DNA of 64,000 bases from a virus (taxonomy: Duplodnaviria > Caudoviricetes): positions 1,799 to 65,798 of the IMG/VR virus record IMGVR_UViG_3300037483_000760; one strand, given 5' to 3'. Below are positions 27,758-36,732 of this stretch, one piece after another. The notes under the pieces are model-generated. The model had not been told where the DNA came from. It saw nothing but the letters and a program-made list of their open reading frames with translations, and searched no databases. Both the position numbers and the translations under genes were made by a program. Positions within the stretch are counted from its first letter, which is position 1. Every line of letters starts with the position of its first letter.

Positions 27758-28026
27758 CGTCCCATCCCCTTCCCGTTATCCACCACCAGCAAGGGCCGTG
27801 TGCGGTAGGGGTGCTCATTACATTCGCGGATTGAGCGTTCGTCCTCTCGGCAAAGCTCTATCAAGAGCTGCACATGGCTCAATACGTCTATGGGCCAGTT
27901 GCGTTTGTCGCGGCCGTGGCGGGCGCGGGCCTGTCTGCGCAGTCGCGCGATGGCGCGCTTGCGTTCATCGAGGCTGACCTGGATGTCGGAAAGATCGTTC
28001 CATTCAATTTTTGATTTGTCAGCCAT
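27754..28026 (-). CDS. Hypothetical protein whose first residues resemble the DUF5131 N-terminus
   Basis: Starts MADKSKIEW; the remainder is unrelated to that family. Confidence 0.5.
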   Translation of the reverse strand: MADKSKIEWNDLSDIQVSLDERKRAIARLRRQARARHGRDKRNWPIDVLSHVQLLIELCREDERSIRECNEHPYRTRPLLVVDNGKGMGR

Positions 28027-28300
28027 GCGCGCGCCTCTTCGCTTGCCGCCGGCGAGACACCGACTCGCGTTTCATCCGCACCAGCGCGTCTTCAACGCGC
28101 CCGGCGGCCATGGCATCGGCAAGTGCCCGCAAGCCGGCAGGCGTGATCCGCGAGAATGAAATCTCGCCACGCTTGGTTATCGTTGCCTTGAGCAGTCCGC
28201 GATTAATCAGCGCGCGTTCGACCGTGCCAGGCACCACCATCATGCATGCGGGAGAAGCGTGCATGATGAGCGATTCAAGCTGGCGGTTGCCGAGTCTCAT
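28019..28300 (-). CDS. Hypothetical winged-helix-like protein
   Basis: 93-aa coupled ORF. Confidence 0.5.
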   Translation of the reverse strand: MRLGNRQLESLIMHASPACMMVVPGTVERALINRGLLKATITKRGEISFSRITPAGLRALADAMAAGRVEDALVRMKRESVSRRRQAKRRAHG

Positions 28301-28674
28301 GCTCGTGCCTCCTCGTCGACATACTCGAATTCGATACGGGTGATGATGGAGTCTGCCGTTGTTTTCTTGTGGCTTCGACAGAACATGGCAACGAATTCAT
28401 TCGGTCCAACGTCCGGAAAACCTTCGCGTTCGCATTCCTCAAAACCATAATCAAGGTCATCAATCATCGACCGCAGCGGTTCACACTTCACATTTTTGAC
28501 GCGGATCAAGCAGAGCCGCTTGATCTTGCCGCCCTTGCCGAGGCCCTGACTTTTTTCGACGGCGCACAACACGTCACCGGCTTTCAGGAACGTCCAGCCG
28601 TTGCGCCGCGTCACCGTCTTGGTGCGCTCGCGGATTTGCTGCGTGGTCAGCATGAAGGAGATGTTGCGGGGCAT
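28297..28674 (-). CDS. ASCH domain protein
   Basis: ISF...IRERTKTVTRR.GW..LKAGD...EREGF...F...F..SH...RIEFEY pattern. Confidence 0.8.
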   Translation of the reverse strand: MPRNISFMLTTQQIRERTKTVTRRNGWTFLKAGDVLCAVEKSQGLGKGGKIKRLCLIRVKNVKCEPLRSMIDDLDYGFEECEREGFPDVGPNEFVAMFCRSHKKTTADSIITRIEFEYVDEEARA

Positions 28675-28683
28675 CGGCTTGCT

Positions 28684-29376
28684 CTACTCGCCTTCCCCGA
28701 ATTCCCAATCTTGATCCGGCGCGCGACGAAACGCTTCCGATGCGATGGCAGCGCCCCAGTCCGCCGCCGCCGGCATCTCGCCGATGGTCAGCCCATAAAT
28801 TGACGAATCGGCGAGGGCCTCGATAGCGGCAAACAATCGCGCCATCCGCGCGCCCTTCTTCTCGTCGTCACCCTTGATCCAGTCGCATAATTCTTTGGGT
28901 TCGCCGCCCTCAGGGTCCGCTACCACGAGCCGACAGCCGGGCGGCAGTTCGCCGCGCTTGCGATACGCGAGTTCAAACGCTTTTTGTGCAAGATCAAACG
29001 CGAGCGATTGCGTAGTGGTCAGCGGCTCGGCACCACTGACCGTCGGGGTGCTTGGCGGTTCGATGCTCGCCAATTCCATGGAGCGGAGTAGCGCGAAATT
29101 AAAAACTTCCTTTCCGCCCTTGTCGGTCAGAATCAGATGCTCTCGCTCCATGAGTTTTTCCGGCGCGACAACAACCCATCCGTCTTCCAGCAAGCGCTCG
29201 ACGCGCTTGTGTGACAGCACGAGATTCCCGCGCGCGGTGTTCATCGACCAGCGCAGATCGTCGATGCGCAGACAAGGGCCGGCGATGATGTCGAGCAACA
29301 TGGCGCCGACAGGCCCCACACCGATCATGAAGGTGCGGCCAGGTTCGTCCGATTTTGCGGTTTGAATGTCAGCCAT
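28684..29376 (-). CDS. Hypothetical protein
   Basis: 230-aa coupled ORF. Confidence 0.55.
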   Translation of the reverse strand: MADIQTAKSDEPGRTFMIGVGPVGAMLLDIIAGPCLRIDDLRWSMNTARGNLVLSHKRVERLLEDGWVVVAPEKLMEREHLILTDKGGKEVFNFALLRSMELASIEPPSTPTVSGAEPLTTTQSLAFDLAQKAFELAYRKRGELPPGCRLVVADPEGGEPKELCDWIKGDDEKKGARMARLFAAIEALADSSIYGLTIGEMPAAADWGAAIASEAFRRAPDQDWEFGEGE

Positions 29377-30745
29377 GGATAGACTCCGGTTGCGGTCTCA
29401 GTAAAAACTTCGGAATATCCGAATGCCCGTCGACACCAGACGAGCCCGCAGCCGCAGAGCAGAGTTCGTTCACGGCTGTGGGCTCTGGTTCTCCGGCGCT
29501 CGTTGGGGGCCTGTCCGCGCCGGTTTCCGGGGTGTCTATTTCGCCGGTTGTGGGGTCGAAGGATTCCGGGGCTTCGTTGCCCCAGGCGTCCCAGCCCGGG
29601 CGGGCGCGACGTGCGTTCAATTCGATCTTTGGCAGGTTCGGGAAATACTCTTCGATCAGTTCGTAAAAGCGTTCCGGCTTGGCGGAGTGCTTGCCGACGG
29701 TGGCCTCGATCGTGCTCGGCCATTGCGTGCCCATGGCCGGCGCGGGAATGTTTCCGCGCGTTCCGACCAGCAGCAGTTCGTGCGCGTTGCGAAACCAGTA
29801 GCCGGTGCCGACGCGTTCCTTGGTCCAGCAGCAGTGCGATTTGTACGTGAAGCCCCATGCGGCCATGACCTGAAGCGCGTCCGGCAGCATCGGCACCGTG
29901 GCCCACAGGAACAGCACGCAATCGTCGGCGGCGATGTCTTTGATGGGACGTTGGCAGATCGCCTCCGTGGCGGAGGTCGGGTAATGGTTGTCCGCCGCGC
30001 GGTCCATGCCGCTGTCGCGGCTGTAGGGCTCGAAACGCCATTCCGGGTCGGCGTAGATGACGCCGTAGCGCTTGTTCGGAAGGGCGGTTTGTTCATTTGC
30101 GAGTTCAATTTCCCGCGTATTTCTGGCCTCTTTTTTGATTTCTGATCGCGCAGCATTTGCATTGCCCGCTTCGGCTTCCGCCGCGATGCGGCGCTGTACG
30201 TCCACCGAAAGTCTTGACGCCTTTTCAGCGGCCGACACCGATAGCCGCCCGCGATCGACCGCGCGAATCAATTCAGGCGCGCCGTGATCCTGCACATGGT
30301 GCGCGTGGCGCAGGGCCCGTTCGGAGATACTCAAAGTTCTTGCCGCGTCAGATTGGTTAACCTTCGGCAAATTTGCCGAAGGTTCCGGCTGCAAATCCGT
30401 GCGCTCCCCCTGGCGCATCGTGGCTAGCCGCGCGGCGATCATTGCCCGCTGGCTTTCATCCAGATGCCTGCGCTTCAGGTTTTTCGAGACGACGAACGCC
30501 AGCGGGTCGCCATCGATCTCGGGCAGGAACCGTTCGAAATATTTAGTTCGATCGGGCCCGTCCTCCTCCTCGATCAGGCCGGCGGCCAAGGCGGCCCGGT
30601 AGCGGTTCCGCCCGTCGAGGATGACCCCGCCCAGCACCACGATCTTTTCGCGCACGTCGTTGGCTTTGACATCGGCGACGAGCGCGTCAAACTCTTCCCC
30701 CTCGATGAGGGGGAAGAGATCGGCGTATGGGTGGAACGGCAGCAT
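29369..30745 (-). CDS. ParB-like N-terminal domain fused to an MT-A70 family adenine methyltransferase
   Basis: HPYADLFP...ILDGRNRYRA...NLKRRHL N-terminus, and YADPEW...LFLWAT...WGF.YK...W.K...G.GYWFRN.HE.LL...HSAKPE...IELNAR C-terminus. Confidence 0.9.
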   Translation of the reverse strand: MLPFHPYADLFPLIEGEEFDALVADVKANDVREKIVVLGGVILDGRNRYRAALAAGLIEEEDGPDRTKYFERFLPEIDGDPLAFVVSKNLKRRHLDESQRAMIAARLATMRQGERTDLQPEPSANLPKVNQSDAARTLSISERALRHAHHVQDHGAPELIRAVDRGRLSVSAAEKASRLSVDVQRRIAAEAEAGNANAARSEIKKEARNTREIELANEQTALPNKRYGVIYADPEWRFEPYSRDSGMDRAADNHYPTSATEAICQRPIKDIAADDCVLFLWATVPMLPDALQVMAAWGFTYKSHCCWTKERVGTGYWFRNAHELLLVGTRGNIPAPAMGTQWPSTIEATVGKHSAKPERFYELIEEYFPNLPKIELNARRARPGWDAWGNEAPESFDPTTGEIDTPETGADRPPTSAGEPEPTAVNELCSAAAGSSGVDGHSDIPKFLLRPQPESIHG

Positions 30746-31563
30746 CAGTTTTCAGACTTGCCGAACACGGCGGGGCAGTGCGTGCGCCCGGCCACGTCCA
30801 GCACAATCTTCTTGAAGATCGCCTGGCGCACATGCTCGACGCGATGCAGTTGGATGCCGAGCGTGAGCGCGCCTTCATCCACCCGCCAGCGCAGGAAAGC
30901 GAACACTTCCGTTTCGGGATCGCCGAAATAGACCGGCAGGCCGAGCTTGAATTTTGTCGGCAATTCAAGATCGCCCTTTTTCGTGGTCGCGCTCGTCTCG
31001 TCGCTGTATTCGAAGTTCTCGTTGTCGCTCGCCGTGCGCACCGCCTTGATGAAGTTCACCTTGCGGCGCACCTGTAGGTCGCGGCAGGCGTCGAGCAGTT
31101 CGCCGGCCTCCGGTGCGCGGATGTCGGCGGCGTTTTCTTCGAGGAACCGGGCGAATTCCAGTTGTGCGACAAGCTTGCCGCTCACCTTGTTCCAAAGTTG
31201 CCATTCCTCGGAGAACGGCAATTCGAGCTTGGCGCGATGGGCGACATGCGATGCCTCTGCCGCCGCGTGATAGTCGAGCAGTGCAACGATCCGGTTCGCA
31301 GAAATCTCGGCAAAGAGCACCGTGTCGGGGCCCTTAAACCGATTCACGTAGTCGACCAGCGAGTCCGCCGTCTCGATCGTCACCGTCTGTTTGATGTATT
31401 TCGGCTTGGCGAGTTTCAGCCCATAGGCATCACTCACCTCCTTTTCGGAAAAGCCTGACGGTACGACTAGAAACTCGCGGTCGTCGTTGGTCTTGACGAC
31501 GTGCGCGCCGGATGCCTTGGCCGCCAGGGCGGCGATAGCGCCGGCTTCGGTGTTTTCGGTCAT
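30745..31563 (-). CDS. DUF2303 (YfdQ-like) protein
   Basis: DSLVDYVNRF, LDYH, FARFLEEN and LPVYFG motifs. Confidence 0.85.
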   Translation of the reverse strand: MTENTEAGAIAALAAKASGAHVVKTNDDREFLVVPSGFSEKEVSDAYGLKLAKPKYIKQTVTIETADSLVDYVNRFKGPDTVLFAEISANRIVALLDYHAAAEASHVAHRAKLELPFSEEWQLWNKVSGKLVAQLEFARFLEENAADIRAPEAGELLDACRDLQVRRKVNFIKAVRTASDNENFEYSDETSATTKKGDLELPTKFKLGLPVYFGDPETEVFAFLRWRVDEGALTLGIQLHRVEHVRQAIFKKIVLDVAGRTHCPAVFGKSEN

Positions 31564-31603
31564 GGTTTGGTATCTCTATGTTCGGGTTACGCGATGAAAT
31601 CCG

Positions 31604-31945
31604 TCACGCGCGGAATGCGGTGGCGTCCATCACGGGCTTATCGGTGCTGGCTTCACCCAACGGCATTTCCTCTTGCCGCGGGTCGTAGCGATGCAGATCG
31701 CCTTCTTCGTTCGAGAAAAAGACGGCCGGCGCGATCTCGGCAATCGGCTTCTTCGCCTTGACTTCGCAGATAAGTGTTTTCTCCGGGCCGCCGTGCTTGG
31801 CCGGTTTGACTTTGAGCACGATGGTCACGGAACCTTCCTTCCCAGTCTCGTCGACCGCGCGCACCACATCGGATAGTGCGATCGTCGCCTCTTCCACGGG
31901 GCGGCCCTTGCGGATGTCCCGTAGTACGTCAGTGATCAGTCTCAT
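31604..31945 (-). CDS. Conserved partner of DUF2303 (YfdP-like)
   Basis: AVDETGKEGSVTIVLKVKP...FFSNEEGDL...DPRQEEM. Confidence 0.7.
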   Translation of the reverse strand: MRLITDVLRDIRKGRPVEEATIALSDVVRAVDETGKEGSVTIVLKVKPAKHGGPEKTLICEVKAKKPIAEIAPAVFFSNEEGDLHRYDPRQEEMPLGEASTDKPVMDATAFRA

Positions 31946-31984
31946 GGTGTTTCTCCGTTCAAGAACTTTAGTGTCATGCCACTC

Positions 31985-32191
31985 TCATTGCGCCGACATC
32001 GCCATGGGCCGGTCCTCCGGCGGATAAAGCTCGTCGAGATCGAAACCGGCTTCGGCGATCAGGTCTTTTGCGGTGTCGACTTCCTTGCGAAAATCGGACG
32101 TATCGCCATCCATGAATTGCAGTGTCAGTTCGGACTCGACCATATGAAAGGCCAAGCTGCTGCATAGGCGCTGGATAAGGTCGTCTCTCAC
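31985..32191 (-). CDS. Hypothetical protein
   Basis: GTG start overlaps the upstream TGA. Confidence 0.4.
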   Translation of the reverse strand: MRDDLIQRLCSSLAFHMVESELTLQFMDGDTSDFRKEVDTAKDLIAEAGFDLDELYPPEDRPMAMSAQ

Positions 32192-32508
32192 GCCGCGTCC
32201 CTCCCCTTGGTCAGGTGCTTCCAGAACGCGATGATCTCGCGCTGGTCTTGCGTGAAGTCGCCATCGTTGGGGCGGACGACTTCCGGCGGTGGCAATCGCC
32301 CTTCCTGTTGCGCCTTGGCCCACGTCTCTCGAATGCGCCGGATCGGAATCCACTTCCGCCGTCCGCTTTGCATGTAGAGCATCGTGCGGATATCGTAGAT
32401 CGTGCCTTGCTCGTACCAGAGGGCTTCGATGCGGGCGGGGTTCATGCGGTTTTCCTCCGCGATGCGGCGAACATGCCTTTCTGACATTCCTCGCAAGTGT
32501 GTTCCCAT
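32188..32508 (-). CDS. Hypothetical protein, possibly HTH
   Basis: About 100-aa coupled ORF. Confidence 0.45.
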   Translation of the reverse strand: MGTHLRGMSERHVRRIAEENRMNPARIEALWYEQGTIYDIRTMLYMQSGRRKWIPIRRIRETWAKAQQEGRLPPPEVVRPNDGDFTQDQREIIAFWKHLTKGRDAA

Positions 32509-32678
32509 TCGGCTTCGCTGGCGCCCTTGCCGGGCTTGTGCGTGCCGCGTGTCGGTTTCCAGCGGCTGCGGCGCAGGATGTTCATGGCGGAGTCGAAGTT
32601 CGATGTCTCGGTTTTAAGCGTGGCGTGACAGCCGCCGCATTCGAAAACGAAATCGCCATGGTCGCGGGTGAGGCTCAT
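32442..32678 (-). CDS. Small zinc-finger-like protein
   Basis: FECGGC...HTCEEC. Confidence 0.55.
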   Translation of the reverse strand: MSLTRDHGDFVFECGGCHATLKTETSNFDSAMNILRRSRWKPTRGTHKPGKGASEAEWEHTCEECQKGMFAASRRKTA

Positions 32679-33517
32679 GCGGCAACCCCCTTGAAGCTTT
32701 CTGAAAGAGCATCGAGCAAGGCCGCCTCGTATGCGTTCAGTGTGCTCACGCCCTTGCGCCGCGCGGATTGTTCGAATGCCTCCATCAACATCGACGGAAT
32801 ATCGAGATCAAAAAAGGCTTCGCGCAGGCGCCTCGTGTCGGTCATCCACTCGCGGTGGTCGGCCAATACTTCCGCCGTCCCAATGATCGATTGCTGTTTC
32901 AATGACCCGGGCTGCGCGCCGCCGGCGGTCGATAACAGCGACAGCGTCAGCACCGCATGGTCTTCACCGAACCGGTCGATTATTTTTTGTATCGATGTCA
33001 CGGCGATGGTCTCGCCCGCCGCCATGACGTTTACGGGCCGGCGATAACGTAGAATTTTTATGCCTGCGCGATCCGCGACCATGGCAAGCCGCAAGGCTGC
33101 GGGCTCACCGGCGGCGATTGAAGCGTGTAGGAGTGACGTCGTGTGCATCCGCGTCACGTTGCCATTGATCGCCTTGAACGCCGCCGCCTGTTCCCCGCGC
33201 TTGGCTTCGATGATGCAGCAAGGGACTTTTTCGATGCCGCACAGTGCCGCCGCGGTCGTGCGGTGCTGGCCGTCGACGATGGCAAAACGTTTGGAACCGA
33301 CCGGCGAGACGACGACCGGCGTGAACATCGCCCAATTGAACTGGCGCGCGATGCGCTCGACATTGCGTCGCCCGACGTTCGTGATATCGCGCTGATATTC
33401 AGGATCGACCACCAGCCGGTTGATCGGCAGCCACTCGAGACGCGCGGGTTTCCCGAACGTTGTCGCGACGACGCACGCCCGGTAGCCAACGGTGCCGATG
33501 GGCCGCATGCCTTCCAT
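32675..33517 (-). CDS. ParB/Srx-like N-terminal domain protein (DUF6551-like)
   Basis: LVVDPEYQR...FNW..F.PVVVS...AIVDGQHR..AA. Confidence 0.8.
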   Translation of the reverse strand: MEGMRPIGTVGYRACVVATTFGKPARLEWLPINRLVVDPEYQRDITNVGRRNVERIARQFNWAMFTPVVVSPVGSKRFAIVDGQHRTTAAALCGIEKVPCCIIEAKRGEQAAAFKAINGNVTRMHTTSLLHASIAAGEPAALRLAMVADRAGIKILRYRRPVNVMAAGETIAVTSIQKIIDRFGEDHAVLTLSLLSTAGGAQPGSLKQQSIIGTAEVLADHREWMTDTRRLREAFFDLDIPSMLMEAFEQSARRKGVSTLNAYEAALLDALSESFKGVAA

Positions 33518-33520
33518 CGC

Positions 33521-33856
33521 TCAAACCCCCATCGGCTCGCGCGGATAAACCGCCCGCGTCACCTCCCCGTGCGCGTCGGGGTGGGGATCGGGTACTTCCA
33601 GCGTGTTGCGGATTCTGGTTTGCGCCGGGCCCGTGGCGCGAAAGAGCGTCTTGACGCGCTTGAGGTCTTGGTTGCTGTCGAGTTTTGGTTTGTCGATGTC
33701 GATCAGCACGGCGACGGTGAGATCGACCGCGATCACCAATAGCGCGATTGCAGCGGCCCATTTTCCATCACGCAAAATAAACCAGCATGTACCAACAGCG
33801 CATATGCCGGTGAAGTTGAATAGTACAACGGCGAGGATGATGAGGATGCGCGTCAT
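33521..33856 (-). CDS. Two-TM membrane protein
   Basis: Two hydrophobic N-terminal helices. Confidence 0.55.
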   Translation of the reverse strand: MTRILIILAVVLFNFTGICAVGTCWFILRDGKWAAAIALLVIAVDLTVAVLIDIDKPKLDSNQDLKRVKTLFRATGPAQTRIRNTLEVPDPHPDAHGEVTRAVYPREPMGV

Positions 33857-34461
33857 GGGGTGGTTCTCTTGGTGAGTTGCATGCTTTCCGGATCAAGATC
33901 AAAGATCGGTTTGTGTGCGTCGCTGAAAATCTTGATCTCGTGTTGCACACCGAAAGATTCGGCCCATCCTTCCATGTGCGCGACGCAAAGCGCGTCGGCG
34001 GCTTCCATCATGGCCTCGTCGAAGGGCAGCCAAATCGTATGATCGAGCGGATCGAGCCCGGAATATTCGGTCAGCGGGTGCGTATGCGCGATGGGCGAAT
34101 AGACCTTCACGCCCTGCTCGATCAGCCGCGCGGCCAGTGCCGCGGCATGGCGGAACGCGAGTTGCCGCCCCTGCGGATATTTCGAGTATGGCGTCGCCAA
34201 ATAGACCAAGCTGTAGTGAGCCAGATCGTCGGTGCCATAGCCCCCGCCCGCCGCAGACAGCCCCGCAATCTTTCGGTCGAGATACCAGCGGGCCTTGCGC
34301 AAGTCCTGCAGCACGTCGTCCTTGCGGCCGGCGCGGAGTACGTATTTGACCACGTTGCCGAGATGGAAGCTTTCGCCAAGGCCGAAGGACTCGATCACGT
34401 CGATCACTTCCATGCCTTGGCTCTTGTAGTGGGCGGGATGATTCACGGCGTCGGCAGTCAT
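33853..34461 (-). CDS. DUF3310 fused to a DUF1937 (nucleoside deoxyribosyltransferase-like) domain
   Basis: DAVNHPAHY...IDVIE..GLG..F.LGNVVKY..RAG.K...DLRKA.WYL, then YLATPYS...VYSPIAHTH...W...D..MM.AAD.L.V...GW.ES.GV..EI. Confidence 0.8.
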   Translation of the reverse strand: MTADAVNHPAHYKSQGMEVIDVIESFGLGESFHLGNVVKYVLRAGRKDDVLQDLRKARWYLDRKIAGLSAAGGGYGTDDLAHYSLVYLATPYSKYPQGRQLAFRHAAALAARLIEQGVKVYSPIAHTHPLTEYSGLDPLDHTIWLPFDEAMMEAADALCVAHMEGWAESFGVQHEIKIFSDAHKPIFDLDPESMQLTKRTTP

Positions 34462-34507
34462 GTCTCAGCCCCCTTGCCGTTGGCCATGGTGAGGATGGTG
34501 GCGGCGG

Positions 34508-35194
34508 TCATAGATCAAGCGCCTCCTGCTCCACCGGCTTGGGAGGTTCGACGAACATATCGGGTTGCTTCAAGGCTTCGGATATGCGGCGGCAGGCGAT
34601 GTCGAAATACTTGGGCTTGATCTCGATGCCGATGAACTTGCGGCCGAGCTTCACACAGGCAACGCCCGTGGTGCCGGAGCCCATGAAGGGGTCGAGGATA
34701 ATTTCAGCGTCCGGCGGGAGATCGCGCACACACTGGGTCATCAACTCGATTGGCTTTTGCGATGGGTGACAGAATTCGCGGTTAGCGGCCTCACCTTCCC
34801 GCATCCCTCCATCCCAGACGTGTTTAAAAAACCGCGCCTTCCCATAATCTGACCATGCAAGTTCCGTAGTAGAGTGCACCTGCGCTTTTACGATTCCATC
34901 AAGCGGCCTTTTCACCCAGGTCATCCACGCATCGGACATCGGAAGCGTTGGAGCAAAATACTGACCGCCCCAGAAAAGGTGATAGCGACCGACCGCTAGG
35001 AACGGGCCCAATTCAGGTCGTGAATGGTCCCAATCTTGAACGTCCTGAAACGACACGCGAGTATGAATACCAATCCCATAAGGTGGATCAGTCACCACGG
35101 CATCGACCTTCCCCAGCCCCGGCAATATCTCCCGGCAATCGCCCAGGTAGAGCGTCACGCCTTCGGCTAAGTGTTCGATGCGTTCGCTCGTCAT
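34508..35194 (-). CDS. DNA amino-methyltransferase (N6-A/N4-C, beta class), copy 2
   Basis: DPPY, HPSQKP and DPFMGSGTT motifs. Confidence 0.92.
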   Translation of the reverse strand: MTSERIEHLAEGVTLYLGDCREILPGLGKVDAVVTDPPYGIGIHTRVSFQDVQDWDHSRPELGPFLAVGRYHLFWGGQYFAPTLPMSDAWMTWVKRPLDGIVKAQVHSTTELAWSDYGKARFFKHVWDGGMREGEAANREFCHPSQKPIELMTQCVRDLPPDAEIILDPFMGSGTTGVACVKLGRKFIGIEIKPKYFDIACRRISEALKQPDMFVEPPKPVEQEALDL

Positions 35195-35682
35195 GCGGCA
35201 CCGGACCTTTCCTGCCGCACGTCATGTTTTCCGTGAAACATCGTGCAGCGCATGAACTCGAAGGGATGGCGGTTCATCGCCCGGCAGAGCGTGAGCAGCG
35301 GCCCGACCGAGATCGGTGCCGCCTTTTCCGCCCGGTAGGGCACGGTCTTTTCAACGCCCCAGGCTTTGGCGGCTTCGCGCTGGGTCAGCTTGCCGGCCAT
35401 GCGGGCGAGCCGCACGGCAAGCGCGAAATGCTCGGGCACGAAGGCCCCATTCGCCGATACATCGATATCCTCGCCGGTCATGGGATCGAGACCGCAAGCG
35501 GCGCAAAGCTGGACGAAGGCGGCGGCCTCGAACACCTTGACGTTGTCGCGGCCGGCGATTTCCGCGCCGCGATGGGCGATCTGCGGACGTACCCCCGCGC
35601 GCTTGGCCAATGCCACCCGCTCCGCCGCAGTCATGGCGGCAAGGCGTTCGGCAAGGCGGGTGAGTTCGGAGGGGGTGGGCAT
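35191..35682 (-). CDS. Protein with one or two HTH-like domains
   Basis: C-terminal LARMAGKLTQREAAKAWGVEKTVPYRAE is XRE-like. Confidence 0.55.
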   Translation of the reverse strand: MPTPSELTRLAERLAAMTAAERVALAKRAGVRPQIAHRGAEIAGRDNVKVFEAAAFVQLCAACGLDPMTGEDIDVSANGAFVPEHFALAVRLARMAGKLTQREAAKAWGVEKTVPYRAEKAAPISVGPLLTLCRAMNRHPFEFMRCTMFHGKHDVRQERSGAA

Positions 35683-35695
35683 GGGTCAGGTTTCC

Positions 35696-36082
35696 CTAGC
35701 GATAGACCAACCAGTCGAGCGTCAGCGCGAGGGTCCATGCGTGGATTAGTTGGTCCGCTCCGATGCCGACGAAGAAACCGTGAATGCGCTTGGTGGCGTA
35801 GAGCTTGGCGTTGATCCGGCTGGTGACAAAATCGGTCGCAAAATGAAGTGCACCGTTAAGCGCAACCCATGCGACGTACATCTCGAAATTCATGAGATCG
35901 AGACGGCCGATAACCAGAAACCCGGCGACGGCCATGACGACCGTATAGACGCCGACGTGCGCGCCAAGGGCGTAATTGGATTTGCTCTTGTTCTGCGCCA
36001 TCCAATTTGACTGCAACACGAAGTCGGCAACGAAATGCGCGGCAAGTAGCCATAGCAGTGCATACATCAGCGTCATGTTCAC
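35696..36082 (-). CDS. DUF3307 membrane protein
   Basis: AHFVADFVLQSNWMA.NK...HF.TDF...IGADQLIH. Confidence 0.85.
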   Translation of the reverse strand: MNMTLMYALLWLLAAHFVADFVLQSNWMAQNKSKSNYALGAHVGVYTVVMAVAGFLVIGRLDLMNFEMYVAWVALNGALHFATDFVTSRINAKLYATKRIHGFFVGIGADQLIHAWTLALTLDWLVYR

Positions 36083-36633
36083 CTCCCTGCCATCGCCACC
36101 CTTCCACCATCCGGACTCACGAACGAATAGCCGGCGACGGGGCGGTTATGGATGCGAGAGAGTCCGCGTCCTGAATTGTAGTCGCGCACCCGCCAGACGT
36201 TCCCGCGCACATGCGCGATCAGATAGACGACATGGCCGTAGCCGCGGACTCTGCGGTTGCGCACGGCAACGGCACCGGCGCGCGCGTGCGTGCGCGGAAA
36301 CATGCGGCGCCAGTTGTCGGCGAGGTTTAGGCGCTTGTCTGACAAGCCCAGGTACTTGCGCAGTCCGCAGCCGCAATAAGCGCGCGGGCAACCGGCGGGG
36401 CGTCCGCCGATGATGACGGTGTTCGTCGATGCACGCACGGGATGTCGGCGCGCGGAGAAATTCTGCGGCTGGCCTTTAATGCCGGGACGATCCGAACACC
36501 CGAGTTGATTGCAGACCACGAGCGGACGTGCGGGCGCCTGACCGATCAAGACAATCAAAGTGGCGATAATGGTGCCGAGTGTGAGTCCGGTCAGAATCGT
36601 CTTGCGGGTTTGTTCGGCCGAGAAAATAGACAT
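36079..36633 (-). CDS. Secreted/anchored protein with CHAP-like Cys/His residues
   Basis: Hydrophobic signal segment, YCGCG...LNLADNW...GHVV...DYNSG. Confidence 0.55.
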   Translation of the reverse strand: MSIFSAEQTRKTILTGLTLGTIIATLIVLIGQAPARPLVVCNQLGCSDRPGIKGQPQNFSARRHPVRASTNTVIIGGRPAGCPRAYCGCGLRKYLGLSDKRLNLADNWRRMFPRTHARAGAVAVRNRRVRGYGHVVYLIAHVRGNVWRVRDYNSGRGLSRIHNRPVAGYSFVSPDGGRVAMAGR

Positions 36634-36732
36634 GCGGGCGCTCCGTATTCGGTTTCGGGAGATACGCACGCAAGTACAAAACTATTTTGAGACAACGGCC
36701 GCCCGGATGGGCGGAGGAATCACGACTGGTGA

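Larger units (their letters stand above)
27066..35182. repeat. Paired direct repeats forming both ends of the two MTase genes (27066-27259 / 34506-34699 and 27633-27745 / 35070-35182)
   Basis: By manual alignment, 194 bp with about 9 mismatches and 113 bp with about 7 mismatches. The middles are unrelated. Confidence 0.9.

Noticed and set aside
27066-35182. MTase repeats as a DGR TR/VR pair
   Set aside because: Mismatches involve all four bases and are mostly synonymous, and there is no RT. Homologous recombination explains them better.
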